A stretch of 64,000 bases of DNA from an uncultured Spirochaetota bacterium (GTDB lineage: Bacteria; Spirochaetota; UBA4802; UBA5550): NCBI GenBank assembly GCA_963827275.1, contig CAWHAA010000005.1:512001-576000 (forward strand), written 5' to 3'. A program made the translations under genes and the position numbers. Numbering within the stretch: position 1 is the stretch's first letter; each line of letters begins with the position of its first letter. Shown in pieces: positions 1 to 9,678 of the stretch. Under the pieces are notes generated by a model that was not told the DNA's origin, did no database searches, and was given only the letters and a program-made list of their open reading frames with translations.

Positions 1-266
1 TGGTCGGGAGGGGTGTTCTGCGGGCCATCGCCCGAGCCCTGGTTGTTTCCGGAATCACCTGACCCTGTAGTGTCCTGCTCCGCGACAAAAACAGTCTCCC
101 CGACGGCAATGCTCCCATCGGAGACAAGCACGGTGCCGTTCTCATCAACCACGACGGTACCCGAGCTCCGGGCCGATTCCGTCAAGGGCGGGATGAACTT
201 GTCATCGGAATCATCGCACTGGATAAAAAAAATCGACATGACGAGAATGAACAGGACCTTTTTCAT
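1..266 (-). CDS. Putative lipoprotein, partial (runs off window start)
   Basis: Own translation from ATG at 266: MKKVLFILVMSIFFIQCDDSDDKFIPP...; basic N-terminus, hydrophobic core, Cys at position 17; open to window edge. Confidence 0.7.
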   Translation of the reverse strand, partial: MKKVLFILVMSIFFIQCDDSDDKFIPPLTESARSSGTVVVDENGTVLVSDGSIAVGETVFVAEQDTTGSGDSGNNQGSGDGPQNTPPD

Positions 267-493
267 AATGAAAACCCCCATATGCTTTGATAAGAAGGAA
301 ACAACCTCTGGATTTACACGGGTTCTTTCACCGGGTGTTAGATCTACATTACTCTACTATTTCCTTTGCCGCAGGCACTGGAAATAATACTATAGAAGAG
401 GTCTCGGCTTTAAATATAATATAAAAAACAAGATCTGTCAATTTTTTTTAGCCCAAGCGGGCTTGTTTTTTAATCTTCACCGTGCATTCCCCC

Positions 494-527
494 GGGGTCA
501 GAGTAAGCCAGGGCGATAGTTATCGGT
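494..527 (+). repeat. Solo copy of bipartite repeat family
   Basis: GGGGTCAGAGTAAG-CCAG-GGCGATAGTTATCGGT; same two motifs as the arrays at 7648 and 41351. Confidence 0.8.
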
Positions 528-613
528 AACTTTTAACGATTTTTATTAGAAGTAATTTTTTTTCTCAAGATTATTAAAAAAATTCCGTTAATATACCCAT
601 AAGGGGAAAATTT

Positions 614-1861
614 ATGTCACTTCAAAAGTCATCACTATTCATTACCATTCTACTATCATGTATTTTTTTCTATACCGCGCTTCATCCTCAGACATTCTCC
701 GTTTCGGAAGCGCCAAAAAATTTAAAGGAGCCGGTCAACAGCCGCAAGAACGACTTTGCGCCGACGGTGAGCCCTGACGGGAGTTTCATGATATTCAATT
801 CAAACAGGAACGGGGCGTACCAGGACCTGTTCATCAGCCATTTCAAGGACGGCGCCTGGAGCGATCCGGAACCGCTGACAGGCATAAATTCACCATATAA
901 CGACGAAACCCCGTTTTTATCAGCCGATGGCACGATCCTCATCTTTTCATCGGACCGGGACGGCAGTATCGAGATGCCGAAAAATGACCTCAACCAGATC
1001 AGGGTGTCCTTCGACCTGTACTGGTCAAAACGCGCAAATGGAGAATGGAGCGCGCCCGAGCCAATCCCCGGACGGGTCAATACCATGTACCATGAAAAGA
1101 CCCCGAGCCTGAGCAGGGACGGGAAAACACTCTATTACTGTACGTGGCATTTCGGCGATATGAAGAAAACGGCCATGATGAACGCCTCGTACAGGGACGG
1201 AAAATTTTCCGATCCCGGGCAGCTGCCCGCTCCCTTTAACGCCGGCTACCCCGACGTCGCGCTCATCCCTGCCGAGGACCTGAACGGCTTCTTTTTCTCA
1301 TCGAGCAGGCCTGACAGCCTCGGCATGTTCGACCTCTACTTCGTTTCATACAAGGACGGCGTGTTCGGAAAACCGATCAACCTCGGCGGGAAGGTCAACA
1401 GCGCTTCTAACGAGCTATACCTGAGCAGGGCGGACCAGAGATACTTCATCTGCTCCGACCGTGAAGGCGGGACGGGGCTCTTTGACCTGTATTCGTCATT
1501 CGTTTTCACAAAGGAGGCGAGCTTCGAGACACGGGCGATACACTTTGACTTCGACAAGGCCGTGATCTGGAAGGAGTCGTACCCCTACCTGGACGCGCTC
1601 TCGCAGTTCCTGAAGGAGCACGGCGACGCGGATATCGAAATCATCGGCCACACGGACCTCCACGGCACGGACGACTACAACAACCGTCTGAGCCAGAAGC
1701 GGGCCGAAGCGGTAAAAGAGTACCTTGCCGGCAGGGGGCTGGACCCGAAGCGGATGAAGATTTTCGGAGCGGGGAAATCGCGGCCGGTGGTGAACCAGAT
1801 CGGAAAGGGGTTCGATGAACTCAACAGGCGCACCGAATTCAAGATATTAAAGAAAAAATAG
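614..1861 (+). CDS. OmpA-family protein with N-terminal PD40 (TolB-like) repeats
   Basis: Signal peptide; repeated P.vS.DG..l.F.S.R units; C-terminal IHFDFDK, GHTD..G...YN..LSQKRAEAV, NRRTEF OmpA_C motifs. Confidence 0.92.
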   Translation: MSLQKSSLFITILLSCIFFYTALHPQTFSVSEAPKNLKEPVNSRKNDFAPTVSPDGSFMIFNSNRNGAYQDLFISHFKDGAWSDPEPLTGINSPYNDETPFLSADGTILIFSSDRDGSIEMPKNDLNQIRVSFDLYWSKRANGEWSAPEPIPGRVNTMYHEKTPSLSRDGKTLYYCTWHFGDMKKTAMMNASYRDGKFSDPGQLPAPFNAGYPDVALIPAEDLNGFFFSSSRPDSLGMFDLYFVSYKDGVFGKPINLGGKVNSASNELYLSRADQRYFICSDREGGTGLFDLYSSFVFTKEASFETRAIHFDFDKAVIWKESYPYLDALSQFLKEHGDADIEIIGHTDLHGTDDYNNRLSQKRAEAVKEYLAGRGLDPKRMKIFGAGKSRPVVNQIGKGFDELNRRTEFKILKKK

Positions 1862-2038
1862 TCGCAGCCTGCCAGCCGCCCGCACCCGCATGCCGCAATG
1901 ATACCTGCGGCTGCTCCGACATTCCGCAGATATTTATTGACGCGGACCCGTAAATTTCGTATCCTTATGATACGTACGATGTGCCGGTGTGCAGCTCGCC
2001 ATCGTCGCGCCTGATGGCTCTTTGTGAGGAGGTGGATA

Positions 2039-2617
2039 ATGGACGTGAAGGAAGCGATACTCAAACGGCGCGCCTACCGGGCGCTCGGACCGGTGGAGAT
2101 CACCGACGACATGATACGGGAACTGGCGACCGCCGCCAGCCTGACCGCCTCCTGTTTCAACAACCAGCCGTGGCGCTTCGTGTTCGCGCGGTCGCCGCAG
2201 GCCCTTGCGAAAGTACACGAGGGCCTGAACAAGGGCAACGAATGGGTGACGAAGGCGTCGCTGATAATCGCCGCGTTTGCGAAGAGAGAGAATGACTGCC
2301 TTATCAAGGAGAGGGAATACTACCTCTTTGACCTGGGCATGGCGGTATCGGCGCTACAGCTCCGCGCAACCGAGATGGGCCTCGTCGCCCACCCGATCGC
2401 CGGGTTCGATCCCGAGGCAGTCAAACGCGCGCTCGGCATTCCCGCCGACTGCATGGTGATCACCATCATCAACGTGGGGAAAAAATCAGGGGACCTCAGC
2501 CTGCTCTCCCCCTGGCAGGTAAGCCAGGAGGCGGAACGGCCGCCCCGGCTCCCGCTGGAAGCCATCTACAGCATCGATGCGTATGATGAAAAAATGAACG
2601 TCAAGGTGGAGCGCTGA
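2039..2617 (+). CDS. Nitroreductase family protein
   Basis: KRRAYR, ASCFNNQPWRF, DLGMA..L.A..MGL motifs; GAGGAGG RBS before ATG 2039. Confidence 0.9.
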   Translation: MDVKEAILKRRAYRALGPVEITDDMIRELATAASLTASCFNNQPWRFVFARSPQALAKVHEGLNKGNEWVTKASLIIAAFAKRENDCLIKEREYYLFDLGMAVSALQLRATEMGLVAHPIAGFDPEAVKRALGIPADCMVITIINVGKKSGDLSLLSPWQVSQEAERPPRLPLEAIYSIDAYDEKMNVKVER

Positions 2618-2771
2618 CTTGCAGGGTCACTCCGCCGGTACGCTCGTTGCCCCGGGATAGAATCGCACCCGGTCATACACGCTCACCGCGTCTGCGGCGG
2701 GCGAGCCGCCGCCCCGACCCGGATTGCCGGTCCAGGCGTTCATCATGATGTATCCCTTTCCCCGCGCCGCA

Positions 2772-4238
2772 TCACTTCAATGCCCGTATCCGGTCGCCGG
2801 AGAATTCGTTGGCCGCTATCCCGAGCTTTATACGGTTGAGCTTGAGCTGCAGCCGGGCCCGCTCATAGTCCTCCCGCGCCGATTGAAGCGAGGTGAGCGC
2901 GGTAAGAACATCGAGGATCGTCACGCGGTTCATCCGGTACTCCTCGGCGACAACCCGGTGGTTGTCCTCCGCTGACGAGAGGGCCTTCCGGTACGCCTCG
3001 AGCTCAAGCCCGGCGCTCTCCCACAGGCGGAAGGCGTCGAGGACTTCCTTGCGGGCAAGCCGCCCGGCCTGGGAGAGCACGAGGTCCGCCTGCCGCCGCA
3101 CCGAGTTGGCCTCCCTGACCTTTGCGAAGGTGATGTCGCCGCCGAAGATGGGAAGCTCGGCGCCGAGGGAAACGTAATAGTCGCGCGTCTTCTGGGTCCC
3201 GGAGAGGATCGAGTTTGCCGAAAGGTAGCGCGATGCATTTTTCCAGTTTGGCGTCGAGGTCGTCTGCCCGTAGTAAAGAAAATAGCTGCCTTCAAGGTAC
3301 AGGGACGGCAGGTGGACGCCGTACGCCGCGATCACGCCCGCCTTCGCGTACTCGACCTGCTGTCGCGCGGCCTTCACGTCCCACCTGGCGTCCGCGATCG
3401 ACGGCAGGTCCGCCATCGTGTACGCGGGCTCCCCGATATCGGCCGTATCCGCCGGTTCCAGGACGGCTTCGGACCCGGTCAGGGTGGCGAGGACGAGCTT
3501 CGCGTGCTCAAGCTGCGCCGCCCGCGACCGGGTATCGGCCTGGAGGCGGTAGAGCTGTGCGTTGGTCCTGAGGATGTCGCTCTGCCTGCTCCGGCCGATA
3601 TCAACGCGCCGCTTCAATTCCTGTATGGTCCTGCCGTAGAGATCGAGGAGTTGCTCGTTGTTCTTCAGGCCCCGCTCCACGAGCAGGACCGAGTAGAACG
3701 CGACGGCGACGTCCGAGAGGAGCAGCCCCGCGCTGTGGTTGAGCTCGAGCTCCCGCACTTTCTGCATCGCGACGGACGACTTGATCTGGGAGACCTCTTT
3801 CAGCCCCGTCATGATCGGCTGGCGCAGGTACAGGCTCGCGGCGGACCTGGCGAGCGCGGTATAATCGTTTCGAGGAAGGGGCAGGGCGTAATTCGCGCGA
3901 AGCGAGAAATAGGGAAGAAAGGTCTCCACGGCCTGGAGTTTGCGCTCTGCCGCCTGGATGGAGCCCTCGCCTTCGATCGCAAGGCGCTCCGTGTTATGGA
4001 CCGCGAGGGCATAGGCGCCGAACAGGGTGATCTCCTTTTTACCGGAAGCATCCGCCACATCGCCGTCCGTGATGCCGGTGGCCCTGCGCAAAAGCTTTGT
4101 AACGCCTGAATCAATCGCGTACATGTCCGCGAAGGCGAACAGGGCGCCAATGGCCGCGATCACAGCGATGCCGCGGAGCGGCCTGCTCGCGGCATGGAAA
4201 CTATTGCGGGATGTCACTCTCTTCTGGTCCATGCTCAT
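2772..4238 (-). CDS. TolC-family outer membrane efflux protein
   Basis: Signal-like segment, two OEP-like helical repeats, YRMNRVTILDVL motif; start uncertain. Confidence 0.85.
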   Translation of the reverse strand: MSMDQKRVTSRNSFHAASRPLRGIAVIAAIGALFAFADMYAIDSGVTKLLRRATGITDGDVADASGKKEITLFGAYALAVHNTERLAIEGEGSIQAAERKLQAVETFLPYFSLRANYALPLPRNDYTALARSAASLYLRQPIMTGLKEVSQIKSSVAMQKVRELELNHSAGLLLSDVAVAFYSVLLVERGLKNNEQLLDLYGRTIQELKRRVDIGRSRQSDILRTNAQLYRLQADTRSRAAQLEHAKLVLATLTGSEAVLEPADTADIGEPAYTMADLPSIADARWDVKAARQQVEYAKAGVIAAYGVHLPSLYLEGSYFLYYGQTTSTPNWKNASRYLSANSILSGTQKTRDYYVSLGAELPIFGGDITFAKVREANSVRRQADLVLSQAGRLARKEVLDAFRLWESAGLELEAYRKALSSAEDNHRVVAEEYRMNRVTILDVLTALTSLQSAREDYERARLQLKLNRIKLGIAANEFSGDRIRALK

Positions 4239-4377
4239 TATGTCCGGTCATGCAGATTGCGGCACATCTATTACATCAGGCTCAAGGGGCGCAAAAATAT
4301 CAATATTATTATTGCATTTATATAACATTTTGTATCTATGGGCACATGCAATTTTTACGAATAGTGTTGAATATACC

Positions 4378-7300
4378 ATGACCCTGTCCGACATATCAAT
4401 AAAAAATACGGTCTTCGCCTGGATACTGATGTTCGGGCTCATCATCTTCGGCGCGATCGGATTCTCCCGCATGGGGATCAGCCAGATGCCGGACGTGGAC
4501 TTCCCGGTCATCACCATCAGCGTCACCTGGACCGGGGCCGCTCCCGAGACCATGGAATCCGCCATCGTCGATGTGCTGGAAGACTCGGTCATGACCATTG
4601 AGGGGATCCGCAATGTCAGCTCCGTTTCGATGGAAGGACTGGCCAGGATCACGATCGAATTTGAATTGAGCCGCGATGTCGATACGGCCCTCCAGGAGGT
4701 CCAGACAAAAATCTTCCAGGCCCAGAGGAACCTTCCCACCGATATTGACCAGCCGATCGTGACCAAGTCGAACCCGGAAGACCAGCCGATAATGTTCACG
4801 ACCCTGACCGGCGATACTCCCCTGAGAGACAAAATCATTTTCGTGCGCGACCACCTGAAAGACCGGATGACCACCATTGAAGGGGTCGGGGACGTACGGC
4901 TGGGCGGCTACATCGACCCGAACATGCGGATCTGGCTCGACATGGACCGGATGGCGCGCAACGAGGTAACCGTCGACGACGTCATCGCCGCGGTCACGAG
5001 CCAGCACACCCTGACGCCGTCCGGCTTCATCGACCACGGCCTGAGCGAATCGAACGTGCGGGTCCTGAGCGAGGCGCGAACGGTGAAGGACTTCGAGAAC
5101 CTCCTGATAACCCGCCGCGGCGGCGAAACGATCTGGAGGCCGATACGGCTCGGCGACGTGGCCAGGGTTGAAGAGGGCCTGGCGGATGTCCGCCGGATAT
5201 CGCGCTTCAACCAGGTCCCGTCCGTGGGGCTCGGCATAATAAAACAGCGCGGCTCCAACGCGGTCGCGGTGGCGCGCAAGGTGAAGGAGCGGATCGCCGG
5301 GCTCAACGCCTCGGGCCTCCTCCCGAAAAACATGAAGATGAACATCTCGTTCGACAGCACGAAATTCATCGAGGATTCAACGAACGAGCTGATCTTCACC
5401 CTTACGATGTCCGTCATCCTGACGTCGCTCGTCTGCTGGCTGTTCCTCGGGTCGTGGAGCTCGGCCTTCAACGTCATCCTGGCCATCCCCACGTCTCTCA
5501 TCGGCGCCTTTATTGTACTCTACTTCCTCGGGTTTACACTGAACACGTTTACCCTGCTCGGCCTCTCGCTGGTGATCGGCATCGTGGTGGACGACGCGAT
5601 CATGGTCATGGAAAACATCGTCCGCCACTTCGAGGCCGGCATGAGCCGGGTCAAGGCGGCGATTGTCGGCGCGCGCGAGATCACCTCCGCGGCCACCGCG
5701 ACCTCGCTTGCCATTTTGGCCATCTTCCTGCCGGTCATATTCATGAAAGGTATCATCGGCAAGTTCTTCTTCCAGTTCGGGGTGACGATATCTGTCGCGG
5801 TATTGCTCTCGCTCCTCGAGGCCCTGACCCTGACGCCCATGCGCTGCTCGCAGCTTTTAAAAACCGGGACAGAAACCAGGATGGGCGCCTTCATGGACAG
5901 GTTGATGGAGCGGCTTTCCAATGCCTACCGGACGGCGCTCGTCTTCTGCCTGGACAACCGGTGGAAGGTTCTGGGTGTCGCGGGCGCCATCTTCGCGGCT
6001 TCGATGCTCCTCCTGTCCGGCATGCGCAAGGAATTCGTCCCCGCGCAGGACCAGGGGACGTTCATGGCTTCCATCCGCACGCCTTTGGGATCGTCGCTTG
6101 AATTTACCGATACCGTTTTTAAAAAGGTCGAGGCGCTGTTGAAATCGAGGCCGGAAGTGGAGCGGTTCTTCGGCAACGTCGGCGGGTTCCAGGGCGGCCA
6201 GGTCAACCAGGGCAACCTGTTCGTGACTTTGAAGGACTACAAGGAGCGCCCGGTCACCACGCCCTTCACCCGCCGCCCCACTCAGCAGGAGTTCATGGCG
6301 TTCCTGCGCGAAAAGCTGAAAAAAATCCCCGGCATATACAACGCGAGCCTGATCGACCCGTCTCAGGCCGGGTTCACCGCCCAGCGGGGGTACCCGATCC
6401 AATTCTCCGTGCAGGGGCCGGACTGGACCAAGCTTGCCAGCTATAGCGAAACGATGATGGACCGCATGAAAAAATCAGGACTGGTGACCGACGTGGATTC
6501 CGACTACCAGATGGGCATGCCGGAGGTGCGGGTGCTCCCGGACCGCGCGCGTGCCGGCGCGCGGGGCGTGACGGTCACGGGCATCGCCGACACCATCAGC
6601 GCCGCGGTGGGGAGCCTCCGGGTCGGCAAGTATACCGACGACTCCGGCCGCCGCAACGATATCCGCGTGAAGCTGCTCGACAGGCAGAACCGGAGCGCGG
6701 ACGACATCAGCCGGATCAGGGTGCGGAACATCAACGGGGAGATGGTGGCGCTCGCCAGCGTGGTCAGCGTCGCCGAGAAGCAGACGTACCTCTCCATCAC
6801 CCGGTATAACAGGGAGCGCGCGATCAACGTGTTCGCCAACATCGGGACAGGCAAGTCGCAGTCCGACATCCTCTCTTTCATCGAGGAGCAGGCGGCGAAG
6901 ATACTGCCAGCCGGCTACCACCTCGAGTTTACGGGGAGCTCGCAGACCTTCAAGGAATCGTTCGAGAGCCTCATCTTCGCCCTGTTCCTGGGCATTATCG
7001 TCGCCTACATGATACTCGGGTCGCAGTACAACAGCTTCCTGCACCCGATCATCATACTCCTCGCCCTCCCCTTCAGCGCTACCGGCGCGTTCGTGGCCAT
7101 GCGCCTCACCGGGGTCTCGCTGAACATGTACAGCATGATCGGTCTGCTGCTCCTGATGGGGATCGTCAAGAAGAACTCGATCATGCTGGTCGATTTCACC
7201 AACACCCGCCGGATCGCCGGCATGGGCGTGCGTGAAGCGCTGATGGACGCCTGCCCGATCCGCCTGCGCCCCATCATGATGACGTCGATCGCCACTATCG

Positions 7301-7509
7301 CCGCGGCCATTCCCCCGACCCTCTCGCTGGGCCCGGGCGCCGAAACCATGCGGCCGATGGGCGTCGTGATCATCGGCGGCGTGCTCTTCTCGACCGTACT
7401 GACGCTGTTCGTGGTGCCCTGCGCCTACAGCCTGATGAGCAGGTTCGAAAGCGAGCGCCATCAAAAGGAGCTGCACGAGGCGCTTGATTCACTGGGAGAG
7501 ATAAAATAA
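4378..7509 (+). CDS. RND efflux permease (AcrB/AcrD/AcrF family)
   Basis: MTLSDISIK start, PDVDFPVI, GIVVDDAI..ENI, GIVKKNSI, RLRPIMMT. Confidence 0.95.
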   Translation: MTLSDISIKNTVFAWILMFGLIIFGAIGFSRMGISQMPDVDFPVITISVTWTGAAPETMESAIVDVLEDSVMTIEGIRNVSSVSMEGLARITIEFELSRDVDTALQEVQTKIFQAQRNLPTDIDQPIVTKSNPEDQPIMFTTLTGDTPLRDKIIFVRDHLKDRMTTIEGVGDVRLGGYIDPNMRIWLDMDRMARNEVTVDDVIAAVTSQHTLTPSGFIDHGLSESNVRVLSEARTVKDFENLLITRRGGETIWRPIRLGDVARVEEGLADVRRISRFNQVPSVGLGIIKQRGSNAVAVARKVKERIAGLNASGLLPKNMKMNISFDSTKFIEDSTNELIFTLTMSVILTSLVCWLFLGSWSSAFNVILAIPTSLIGAFIVLYFLGFTLNTFTLLGLSLVIGIVVDDAIMVMENIVRHFEAGMSRVKAAIVGAREITSAATATSLAILAIFLPVIFMKGIIGKFFFQFGVTISVAVLLSLLEALTLTPMRCSQLLKTGTETRMGAFMDRLMERLSNAYRTALVFCLDNRWKVLGVAGAIFAASMLLLSGMRKEFVPAQDQGTFMASIRTPLGSSLEFTDTVFKKVEALLKSRPEVERFFGNVGGFQGGQVNQGNLFVTLKDYKERPVTTPFTRRPTQQEFMAFLREKLKKIPGIYNASLIDPSQAGFTAQRGYPIQFSVQGPDWTKLASYSETMMDRMKKSGLVTDVDSDYQMGMPEVRVLPDRARAGARGVTVTGIADTISAAVGSLRVGKYTDDSGRRNDIRVKLLDRQNRSADDISRIRVRNINGEMVALASVVSVAEKQTYLSITRYNRERAINVFANIGTGKSQSDILSFIEEQAAKILPAGYHLEFTGSSQTFKESFESLIFALFLGIIVAYMILGSQYNSFLHPIIILLALPFSATGAFVAMRLTGVSLNMYSMIGLLLLMGIVKKNSIMLVDFTNTRRIAGMGVREALMDACPIRLRPIMMTSIATIAAAIPPTLSLGPGAETMRPMGVVIIGGVLFSTVLTLFVVPCAYSLMSRFESERHQKELHEALDSLGEIK

Positions 7510-7647
7510 GAGCGCGGGGAAGGCGGCGGCCGCGTTGTTGCTTCATCCCCCGGAATTATTTCCGGGCCCTCTCAAGGCGGAAGCCTATGAATTAGTCCTC
7601 CATAAACGGCACGATCTTGACCCAGAAGCCCGACTGCAGATCGCTAT

Positions 7648-7860
7648 CCGGGACCGATAGTTATCGGTACTACCGGGGTCAGAGCAACTCCGGGACCGAT
7701 AGTTATCGGTAATTACCGGGGTCAGAGCAGCTCCGGGACCGATAGTTATCGGTAATTACCGGGGTCAGAGCAGCTCCGGGACCGATAGTTATCGGTAATT
7801 ACCGGGGTCAGAGCAACTCCGGGACCGATAGTTATCGGTATTACCGGGGCCAGAGCAACT
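7648..7860 (+). repeat. Tandem array, 5 units of 42-43 bp (CCGGGACCGATAGTTATCGGTAATTACCGGGGTCAGAGCARCT)
   Basis: Palindromic motif starts at 7653, 7695, 7738, 7781, 7824; lies between convergent genes. Confidence 0.97.
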
Positions 7861-7869
7861 AGTTGGCGT

Positions 7870-8709
7870 TCAGGCAATCGGATGCCTCTTGTAAAATTCC
7901 AGCAGGTCTTTTGCAAACCTATCCGGGGCCTCGATGGCGGTCATGTGGCCCACACCCGGATACATCAGCAATTCCGCCCCGGGGATCTCCTGTGCCATCA
8001 GGTTGCTCGATTGGACAAACAGATCATCCTTTTCACCGTATATGACCAGGACCGGGCAGGCAATCCTCCGGAGTCCTTCGACCCGCTGGTCGGGATCGGT
8101 ATAGAACGAGCGGACGAACGACGCGGCCAGGAAGCGGTCATTCAATGAGACCATCTCCAGCGCGATCCTGAACATCTCCTCCCGATTATCCGACTCCGCG
8201 ATCCCCCTGAAGAAGGGGCCGGGGACCTTATGAAGAAATGCCATCATGATCTCCCAGGTCACCTTTTCAAAACTCTCGGCGAACTTGTCATGGAATTTCC
8301 TGATGCTCTCCGGTTGCGCGTTGATCACCGACGTGAACGACCCGGTGTCCGAAAGCACCATCGACGCGAAGCGGCCCGAGTCCTTCATGGCGTACCGGGA
8401 GGCGACAAAGCCGCCGGTGGAGTGCGTGAGCAGGTGGAAGCGCTTGAGCCCGAGATGATCGGCGAGCGCCATCATGTCGCCGGCTATGGTCTCCTCGTCA
8501 TAGCCCTTCGGCTCCCCCTCGACCACGGTGCGGCCGTGGCCCCGCATCTCCATCGATATAAACCGGTACTGTTTTGCAAGCGTGCCCGCCACCCCGGTCA
8601 GCGTCCAGTAAGCGCTGTTTTCAATAAGTCCGTGGATGGCGATTATGGGTTCGCCCTGCCCGGCTTCTTCATAATATATGCGCGCATTGCCCCTCTCGAA
8701 AAAAGCCAT
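7870..8709 (-). CDS. Alpha/beta hydrolase
   Basis: IHG, MRGHGRT, THSTGG nucleophile elbow, GEKD and GH catalytic motifs. Confidence 0.9.
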   Translation of the reverse strand: MAFFERGNARIYYEEAGQGEPIIAIHGLIENSAYWTLTGVAGTLAKQYRFISMEMRGHGRTVVEGEPKGYDEETIAGDMMALADHLGLKRFHLLTHSTGGFVASRYAMKDSGRFASMVLSDTGSFTSVINAQPESIRKFHDKFAESFEKVTWEIMMAFLHKVPGPFFRGIAESDNREEMFRIALEMVSLNDRFLAASFVRSFYTDPDQRVEGLRRIACPVLVIYGEKDDLFVQSSNLMAQEIPGAELLMYPGVGHMTAIEAPDRFAKDLLEFYKRHPIA

Positions 8710-8762
8710 ATCAATTCCTCTCGATTTTTTACGTTACAAACAATCGTATGCCGCGTCCCCGG

Positions 8763-9629
8763 TTATTTCCTGCGGTAATCGTAAAAGCCCTTGCCGGACT
8801 TCATGCCCAGCTCGCCGCGGTCCACGTACTGTTTCAGCAGCTCCGCGCTCTTGATGGCGCGGGTATCGTTCTTTTTCTTCGCCCAGTAATCGGTGATCCG
8901 CCATACGGTCTCCAGGCCGACAAAGTCCATCAGCGCGAACGGGCCCAGGGCCATGCCGGTAACCTCTTTCCACGATTTGTCCACATCCTCGAAGGAGGCG
9001 ATGCCGTTCGAGACAAGGTTCAGTCCCGCGAGGAGCCATGGGTTCAGGAGGGCGTTGAACACGTACCCGTGGTTCTCTTTATTGATGACGATCGGGGAAT
9101 GGCCGATCAGCTCGGCGAACCGGCGCACTGTTTCCACTGCCTCCGGCGACGTGCCCGGGTGCCCCATCACATCCACCAGCTTGAAGCCCGGATGGAAATG
9201 GAAGGCGAGGAACCGGTCGGGCCTCCCGGTCTTGCCGGCGAATTGCGAGGGGACCAGTGATGATGTATTGGTGGTGAATATCGTCCGATCGGGACACAGC
9301 GCGTTCAGCCTGCCGAAAAATTCCCCTTTCAGGTCCGGGTCCTCCGGTATCGATTCGCTGACGAGGTCGATGTCGGCCCCGGCCGCGTCGAGGTCGGTCG
9401 TGGTCGCGATGCTGCTCTTGATCGACTCCGCTTTCTCTTTCGGTATGGCGCCGGACGCCGCCATCCTGTCGATCTTCGCGTCCATGCCCGCCTTCGCCCT
9501 GCCGACTATCTCCTCCTTGACGTCATACAGTACCACGGCATAGCCGTGCGAGGCGCACGACATGCCGATACTCTGGCCCATGGTCCCTGCGCCGGCGATA
9601 AGCACCTTTTTGATGTCTTCAGCATTCAT
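8763..9629 (-). CDS. 3-hydroxyacyl-CoA dehydrogenase family protein
   Basis: GAGTMG Rossmann motif, ESIPE...K, TNTSS, HF, GPF..MD.VGL, G.KSGKGFY. Confidence 0.93.
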   Translation of the reverse strand: MNAEDIKKVLIAGAGTMGQSIGMSCASHGYAVVLYDVKEEIVGRAKAGMDAKIDRMAASGAIPKEKAESIKSSIATTTDLDAAGADIDLVSESIPEDPDLKGEFFGRLNALCPDRTIFTTNTSSLVPSQFAGKTGRPDRFLAFHFHPGFKLVDVMGHPGTSPEAVETVRRFAELIGHSPIVINKENHGYVFNALLNPWLLAGLNLVSNGIASFEDVDKSWKEVTGMALGPFALMDFVGLETVWRITDYWAKKKNDTRAIKSAELLKQYVDRGELGMKSGKGFYDYRRK

Positions 9630-9678
9630 GTAATTGCTCCTTTTGCATTGTAGATTAAAACAACACCCTTCACTATAT

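Noticed and set aside
4027..4377. N-terminal extension of the RND ORF; likewise the extensions of thiC (to 46384) and of the ORFs at 53205 and 54131
   Set aside because: They overlap neighbouring genes or promoters; family-like or paralog-matched sequence begins at the downstream ATGs
7653..7668. 16-bp palindrome as a parS site
   Set aside because: Does not match the TGTTTCACGTGAAACA consensus; no parAB nearby
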